A DNA stretch of 64,000 bases from Antedon mediterranea (taxonomy: Eukaryota > Animalia > Echinodermata): NCBI RefSeq assembly GCF_964355755.1, contig NC_092677.1:26027175-26091174 (forward strand), written 5' to 3'. The notes beneath the pieces are model-generated. The model was given only the letters and a program-made list of their open reading frames with translations. It made no database searches and was not told the DNA's origin. How positions within the stretch are numbered: the first letter of the stretch is position 1; every line of letters begins with the position of its first letter. The position numbers and the translations under genes are program-made. Shown here in pieces: positions 53,601 to 62,600 of the stretch.

Positions 53601-56600
53601 TTTAGTTGAACTAATGCATAAATAGTCTTTACAATAAATTAGTGTACAATTTGTCACTAAATGGTTAGAATTACATCTGCCAACTTCATCGTTTGATGCA
53701 TGCTTCTGCTGGCCGGCGATCTGACTTACGGCCACAGGGTAACACGTATTTTATTCATACTTAAATAAAAATCAGAGCCAAGTTTGTAAACCATGTCTAT
53801 TGTATAACCTTTTAAGTATACGCAACGTTTGTGATATTAGCGAGGTCGTGTACTGCACTCGTTATGTCAATTGGCAATGCACCATGGAAACCTGTGATTT
53901 AGATCCAATCGGATTTTATGGATTTTAACTTTTTTTAAATGCTGACTCATATACGTTAATACTAGAATAAATGAACTCTTTAACTTTAAGATAAGCCTTC
54001 AGCTTTGTTAGCTTAGCTAATTATTTATATCAAAAGCATTTTATGTCAACAATTCTGTATGTGGACTGAATGAAGCAGTTCATATGATAACTTCTTCAGC
54101 AAACTGGTTAATTAATGTTTTTATGTCATTCAGTAAAAATAAAATACATTCATTGCTTTTTGAATTGTTTCCACCTGTTCTTTAATTATCTCTGAAGCTA
54201 TTTTTGTTTCATGCAGTATAATGAGAATTAAAGAATTATTTATTTAAAGAACAAAAATTGTTTGTGCTTGGTTCATCAAACTGGAAAAAGTAGAAGAATA
54301 AAATGTTTACTATTGCATAAAGTCAAAGTCATACTTTATTCATCCCTCACTGTGGGAAACCAGGTTCATGCAATTTTCCATATACATATTAAAATACAAT
54401 AAATTATAAACAAATGTAAAAACTATTACATTATGGTAAACAAACATTTCAATACACAAATAAAAGTTAGGGTTTATCTCAAAATTAATATATTTTTCTG
54501 ATGAATCTTTTCAACAATAAGACTATTGGAGTTTCCTCACTTTGGTTACTTTTATTTGTTCTTATTTGTTTGTTCATTTTTATACTGGGTGACCTCTTCA
54601 GTCAAAGACTGATCTCCCAGAGGACCCAGTTGGTGATCAGTGGCTGTGATGTACTAATACACCGGGGTAACCCCCTACTCGTCTCGAAAGATGTACTAGG
54701 TTCTTTAAAGTGCACACGAGCTAGTTGTGTACACTGGACCTACGGTTTATAGTCCTTATCCGAGAAGACTTGTTCTACCACCAGAAACATGGAGTGAGTG
54801 AGCCTCGAACCCTTGCCGATGTTATGGCTACGTAATTACGGTTCCACTGTCTTAACCGCTCGGCCACTCACTCACCACTTGGAACCATGGAAATCTTTTG
54901 TTTCAGGAACAGTATATACTGAGAAACATTATTCTGTAAAGCTCTGTCAAAACTATCAAACTAGTTTGACAAAAAAAGTGTGATGTGCTCAAATATGGTA
55001 GTGATATGCCCAAATATGGTAGTGATATGCCCAAATATGGTAGTGATATGACATCATCATCGGCCACTCACTCACTCAACTCACTTAGCTAATTCTTTTA
55101 CTCTGATACATTACAATAAATATTTTTAACAATAATACTTTGGTTAAGTATTTTCTTCTTCTAAACTTTGTTTATTTTATTGTTTTCAGAACTTCGAAGT
55201 TTCAAAGATTTTAAAGAAAGTAAATGAAAGTTACCAAGAGCAACAAGTTCTGTCGCAAGTTGCCGTGAGACCAACAACACTAGGTAAACTACATTATTCA
55301 ATAATAACTTCTAATTATAACAACTATCTCCTAAACAATTTTTATTTGGAGATGTCTTCTACAGTCACAAATCTTTACACTTTTGGCCAAACTCTATTTA
55401 AACTAAAATGAAACGCACATTAATAATGAAGGAAATTAAGAAACTAAATACCGCCCTCTATTGTTCACTGTCTACTTTTAGTGAGTATTTTATTAGAAAA
55501 AATTATCATGATTTGTAATTGCTAAAAAAATTATTGCAATAATATTATGTGTTTCTTGTTATGTAGTTATTGCTATGGATTAAGAAAGCAATAAATACAG
55601 CTGTTATTGGCATGTTACCAAATGTATTGGTAATTAATCCATAAAAACTATACGTGAGAAAAGCGAGTTGATGATTGATGATTAGTGACAAGGTTTCAAC
55701 AGCTTCATAATGTTAACACATTTGTTTTTTGACAAACGTATATAATTAGGTCCTGTGGGAGATTTAATACCATCGCTGTAATCAGGGTATTTGCATTTGA
55801 ATAATCAAAAAGAAGTGTACCTACTCAAGTACCTACTTTTTACTCTGAATATTAATGCAAAATAGTTATTATGATGTAATTAAGTGGGTTGACATTCACA
55901 ATGTTACAAACTTGAGGAGTATGCTGATCAGAATATCAAGTTTTTTTGTGTGGTATTTGCATGGAAATACTGTAAATCCCAACATTTTCGCGGTTTTACA
56001 TTTCCAACTATTTTGTTATCTTTTATTTTCATGATTTGAGTTTCTTGTCGTCTTCTACAATTTGGCGAACCAAATTGGTGATTGTATTTGTATCAAACAA
56101 TTGAATAGCGTCAGTAAAATGAGTGAATACGCGATTGTAAATTTAGGGATGTAAATAAATAAACATTTTGGCTACACAGTGTGCGAGGCATCATCAGTAT
56201 GACTCTACCAGAAAAAGCATGCGTTTTATTTTCAAATAAATAATAATATAGTTCCCACCTTGAGATTTTCTAAACCTATGGATGGATGGATGGATAAACT
56301 ATTTCATAATTTATAATTACTATTATAATAATTATAATTAATAAGTCTCATTTGAGGAGTGGAGTTAGGATTAAACTCTGGATCTTTGGATTGGAAGGCG
56401 AGCATGTTAACCACCAAGAAGCTACAGCATCACTACTAGCCACAGCTCCACTACTAGCTACAGCTTCACTACTAGCTACAGCTCCACTACTAGCTATAGA
56501 CAGCTCTACTATTAGCTACAGCTCCACTTTTTTATTTAATTTATTTTTTTATCAAACTTTGTTTAATGAGGGTGACCCACTACTAGCTACATTTGAGCTT

Positions 56601-59600
56601 ACATACAAGAAACACAGAAAGTACTGTTGTGAAAGATGAGGATTAGGAGATGTAATAGGCATCTAGTGAACTTGCTTGACAGACCTCGATAGACACTTAG
56701 ACCAAGGCACAAACAAATGACCGACTTTGAATGAACTGACTGTGAAAGAAGTGAAACTGCAAATGACCTCCAACTTTAGGGCATCTGAATTGATTGATTC
56801 TGAACGCTGCTGTTTTAGAGGATGAGTTTGTACAAATGATTATTTAATTCCTAAAATGAGCTTGAGTCAGAAGGAAGAATTCTTAACTTATTTGACAGCG
56901 TCTGAACGCTGCTGTTTGAGAGGATGAGTTTGTACAACTGATTATTTAATTCCTAAAATGAGCTTGAGTCAGAAGGAAGAATTCTTAACTTATTTGACAG
57001 CGTCATAAATTAAAAACACTCTTGTGGTTGTGCACTGGGAACCTTATTTGGTGTCATTTTTGCTGTTTTAAAACACACAATTGCATTTCGGTCCAGAAAT
57101 ATTAAAGATGTATTGTCCCCCGAAAAATTGAAAAATGAAGATTAATTAAATTAGACTCTGAATAGGTTATTTTGTAGTTTTTTATTTTATTTCTTTATTC
57201 TGATATAAAATCAATAGGATAAAAACACAAAAAAGTACCGAGACGGCAAACTTATTTCCATTGTGGTCCTAATCTTTAAATAAAGTTACTCATTTCTGTA
57301 GAAAAAAAATGATAAAATAAATAAATTTTAGTTATTAAAGGATGTTTTAGATGTCGTGAGGTGGTTTCCCAAATGATCGTAAAATCAAAACGGTACTGGG
57401 TATGACCAACTAGCGTTATTGTCACCAGCTAGTCATCCATTCATAGAAGTACTATTGTAGTAGCCTACCTGTACGGCGACCATAGAATGTGACCCGAGGC
57501 ATGACTAGATTAGACTTGGCCTGTAGTTATTGACTTTTTTATGTTAGCCCATGTTTCAATTTTGTCTGAATACTGCAAAAAATATGAGCTCATGTATTTT
57601 ACGTAGGAAATTTGCCAAAATATTTATCTTTTTACTAATTTTGACCTATAACCTAGACTAGTTTAAATGTACATAGTTAATGAATAGACTTGTATGATAC
57701 TTCCTCCCAGTCTTATTTACCTCCGCCAAGGAGGTATATGTAATCGATCGCGTGTGTTTGTTTGTCTGTCTGTTTGTCTGTTTGTTTTGTTTGTTTGTTT
57801 GTTTATTAGCAGGATTACTCAAAAAGTAATTACAAGGTCTTTACCAAAATGAATGTACAGATAGATATGTGGTCAAGGACCATTCCATTAAATTTTAGGA
57901 CCATTTCGGACCACGGTCCCAATTCTGAACCACTTTTTAGTATACTTTTCAGACCTGCTAGTGTTAAAAAGATAGGACAGAATTTTTCAAAGCCGGCGAG
58001 CAGTCTTAAAGTAACAAGTAAAATCAATTGAATTTTCTCGAGAACTACTTGTCCAAAAAACAAGAAGCAAGAGTTATAATTTGTGATTTGTAATTTTAAA
58101 ACATAATTTGATTTAATGTGCACGTTTTTTGATACAAAACTTATTTCTTTTCAAATTCACTCGTTTGATTTTCGCGTTGCTGTTCTATTGTTAGTCAACT
58201 GAAGCTATTGTTAATTGAAAGGCTTGTTACATAACCATTACACCAAACTCGCATACACATGCTTGTAGTGAAATTAGCGTAAATCACAAACAGCATTAAG
58301 ACACACAAATTTATATATATATTTTTTTTTATACCAGAGAAACCTTATGTAGGAGAATTTTACAGTAGGCTTTCTAGTTATTAATGCATTGTGACATTTT
58401 CATTACTGCAAACATTTCTTTATAATTGTTTGAAGCAAATTATGAATTATTAAAACATGAATTTGTTTCATTTGCCAAATTTCAGTTGAGATATTAACCT
58501 GTAGATCTCTTCATTATTAAATTAATCAAATGCTTCAATAAATAAGAATTGTTTTGATGAATCAAATGAAATACAGCAATATCAGAGGAGACAAAACATT
58601 ACAACATTCAAATGCATGTTTAGCAAAATTAAAAACATAAAAAAAAAAAAAAGTTACTGTTTTTCAGCAAGATTTGTTGATGAACAACTGGAAAGCATTT
58701 GTCGACAAATGCACAACATTTTTCATTCCTGCGAGAGATGATTACTTTAGACATTTTTTGACGGATTGCTGTCATTTTAATTGCTTAGTACCATTTTATA
58801 TACTTCCATTTTTAACGCCCCCGGTTTAAACGTTTCAAAAAGGTTGTGATAAAATAAGTAAATGTCTAATAGTCTGTTTCTACTTTGCTTGATTTCCACT
58901 ATATCGTGTCACTATATCAATCATAGTTTTATTTCTAAAGCCTATCATGTATTGAAGTAGTTTTGAAACAGTCAGTTTAACCGTCATATTTAGCCTTGAT
59001 TCACATCAATAATTTTTTAATCTCTGTCATGTCTTTCTCAAATCTCAATATATTTCAACAATTTCTTGTTCATGTGTTATACATTTTTGAAGTTTGAATG
59101 CATCATTTTAGTCTTTAATACAGTATATCGATATGTAGCCTCAGGTCATGGCTAATGTTAACATTTAGGTATTTTATAGTTTTTTTCAAATTATTCACCT
59201 GTTTTATACTCGATTTATTTGAGCATTTTTTATTTGTTTCTGTCATAAGTTTTAGGTTGATGGTTTCTGAAATATATATATCCGTTATGTATCATATTTT
59301 AACTCTAGGTAGTTCAAACTAGTTGATTTTCTGACCTCCTTCGTGTATATTATAGGTTATAAAATGTATGGTAAAGTATCAAGCTAAAATAGTGACATTT
59401 CTTGCTTGGTAAAACTTAACTTAAGCTTAAATCAGTAGTTTAAATGAATTCTATGCTTTCTTTTATTACAAAGGTAAGCTTCAGAGTAGCTTTCTATCTT
59501 AGTTTTCCAAGATATTTGCAAATAATATTTCTTTATTGACAATATTGTTGTTGGTTCATTTTTTTTTAGAGTCTCTGTTTATAGTTTTGTTTTATTTTGA

Positions 59601-62600
59601 GATCCTTTTTTATAACTGGTGTAAATAATGTGTTTATTTCTATGGAATAAAATTGATTTGATTGGTTGATGGATACTGCAGGATGGAAGTTTCAATCGCC
59701 AATTAATAACCTGCAGTTATACCATGTAATATTATTTTACAACTCCCTGGTTATATAGAATCTTATTAGTTATTTATTACAGTACAGAATCTCAGAAAAC
59801 CTCAACTCAATCAAAACCTGATTATTCAATTCATCTTTTATTGGTCTAATTTATATAAAAAAATTCTTGGTTGAAGTACAGACAATATTGATTGAAGTTC
59901 CCAAATTGAAATTGCATTTGTAAAACGAGATTTTCCAGAAAATGTTGGAATGTATTAGGACAGTTCTCTGTAGTATTTCATTTGTAAAGCTCATTAGTAA
60001 TTATGATGTGCCCAAATATGGTGGTGATATGCCCAAATATGGTGGTGATATGCCCAAATATGGTGGTGATATGCCCAAAAATGGTAGTGATAGGACATCA
60101 TAATGTCTATATATGAACACATCACGTTTTTTGTCACAGTTTGATAGTGTAGACAGAGCTTTAGTTTAATCCAAAAATGCAAAATACAATTAAAAGTAAG
60201 ACAATTTAAAACTATCAAAGAAGTGTGTTGATAAATGTTGTGTCATATTATGTTTAGTCATGCTTACTGTTTTCTACATGACTTAATAATTTCTACTTAA
60301 TGTCATTCTTGAAACTAAAGGTCCTCTAATAAAAACGGAGAATAAATTATACTGATTTAACCATTTAAACAGCCAGATGTAGTATGTTTATCTTATTGTA
60401 TTTAAACCTATGAAGTAAATGTTATTGCATTTTGTTAAAATTACCACATGAACATTCCAATTCCAAATCTATCATACATGATTATAGTAGATGAATGCTT
60501 ATAGAAAAGTTCTATAAATAAAATGAAACAATTATTTTTGCCAATGGTGATTAACATTATTTTTCTTTGCTTTTTTTTATTTGGTCTGACTGTAAAAAAT
60601 AGTTTTGTTTCTTTGAACATTTCAATAATTGCTTTTCACAGTAAATGAAATAAATAAATATGTAAATAATGAATTTATTTTATTTTAATTTTATTTCAAT
60701 TATACATCCAACAGCCATTGGAGATTACAAGATATCTTAAACAGTAAAATTTTAAATTCATATATACAAAAGGAAAATAGAATTGAAATGAAATATAAAA
60801 AACAAAATATTAATATCATTAATTGTTGTTTTATTACTCTTTCTTATAAATTGTTTAGCTCCAGGATCTCCTGTTAAAAAAGTGAGCATGCATCAACTGT
60901 TCCAAGCATACAACGAAGCAGATCTACGTCAACACGAAGCACTGAAACACAGTCTGGAAATCTTCAACAAGAGGAAGCAGCTTAAGCAAACAAAATCATT
61001 TGATCGAAGTGCACCAATCCTCGACGTCACATTAAAACATCAGGTAAATATTTAAATTAACTCACCAATTGATTCTTTATTTGTTTGATACAAGAAATTT
61101 TAATTTTTAGTAGTAACTGGCTATTTCTGTCATTACGGTTCTTTCGAAAACTAATGATGGGTAATAACTAAGGTTAATTGACTTTGCTAGGATATCATTA
61201 ACTTGTGATCATTTCATTATGACAAAATGCAACAATGGTTCTCGTGTTCGGTCACGAATCATTAATCATCTGGATTGTCAATATTTTTCTTGAAAAATTG
61301 CCTTTTTTCTTTGAACGAATTCTGACTTTTGTGATTAGTTTGGTTTGAAGTATCCCCAATACTATAATTAGTGTACTTTGATGAGTTTTCTATCTAAAAT
61401 TACTCTTTTTGAAAAAGTAATTAAATATGTTGAAGACAAAATCAAATTATTTTCAAAGGATGGTCCATTTCATTTTATATTAAAGTGAGTTCAGCAGAGA
61501 ATATCAGGAAAAAAAAATTTCCAATAACATTTTTATTGGAAAATAGTTGTTGATATAAATTTTACAGAAATGTGATAAATAAGTAACCAACTTCCCAGGC
61601 CAGATTTCAGGACTTTTCAGTTGCGTGCAAACGCGACTCTACAGCTCACTATGTCGGTCGGTCGGTTGCTAAACATGAATTCAAATTTGAGCACGCAACT
61701 GCAGCCATGTATATGGCCTTGTTTCTTCTCTTTACACCAAATAGAAGCTCAAAACAACCATCCAAAAGATTGAAACTTTCTTTCTGACTGTTTTACTTTT
61801 TTGTTTTAATTGAGCTTTTTTTTCTTATTTTATTTTTGTATCACCATTGAGATCCAGCCACTGATATCCACAGCATTGTCATTTTTTCAGTGCTTTTTTT
61901 ATTTGTATCACCATTGAGATCCAGCCACTGATAACCACACCATTGTAATTTTTTCAGTGCTTATTTTATTTGTATCTCCATTGAGATCCAGCCACTGATA
62001 ACCACACCGTTGTCATTTTTTCAATGCTTATTTTATTTGTATCTCCATTGAGATCCAGCCACTGATAACCACACCGTTGTAATTTTTCAATGCTTATTTT
62101 ATTTGTATCTCCATTGAAATCCAGCCACTGATAACCACACCGTTGTCATTTTTCAATGCTTATTTTATTTGTATCTCCATTGAAATCCAGCCACTGATAA
62201 CCACACCGTTGTCATTTTTCAATGCTTATTTTATTTGTATCTCCATTGAAATCCAGCCACTGATAACCACACCGTTGTCATTTTTCAATGCTTATTTTAT
62301 TTGTATCTCCATTGAAATCCAGCCACTGATAACCACACCGTTGTCATTTTTCAATGCTTATTTTATTTGTATCTCCATTGAAATCCAGCCACTGATAACC
62401 ACACCGTTGTCATTTTTCAATGCTTATTTTATTTGTATCTCCATTGAAATCCAGCCACTGATAACCACACCGTTGTCATTTTTCAATGCTTATTTTATTT
62501 GTATCTCCATTGAAATCCAGCCACTGATAACCACACCGTTGTCATTTTTCAATGCTTATTTTATTTGTATCTCCATTGAAATCCAGCCACTGATAACCAC

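Noticed and set aside
33690-55189. Nested protein-coding gene or conserved miRNA cluster in the large intron
   Set aside because: By eye I found no consistent exon chain on either strand and no match to the conserved bilaterian miRNAs I could recall; cannot be excluded without a search.
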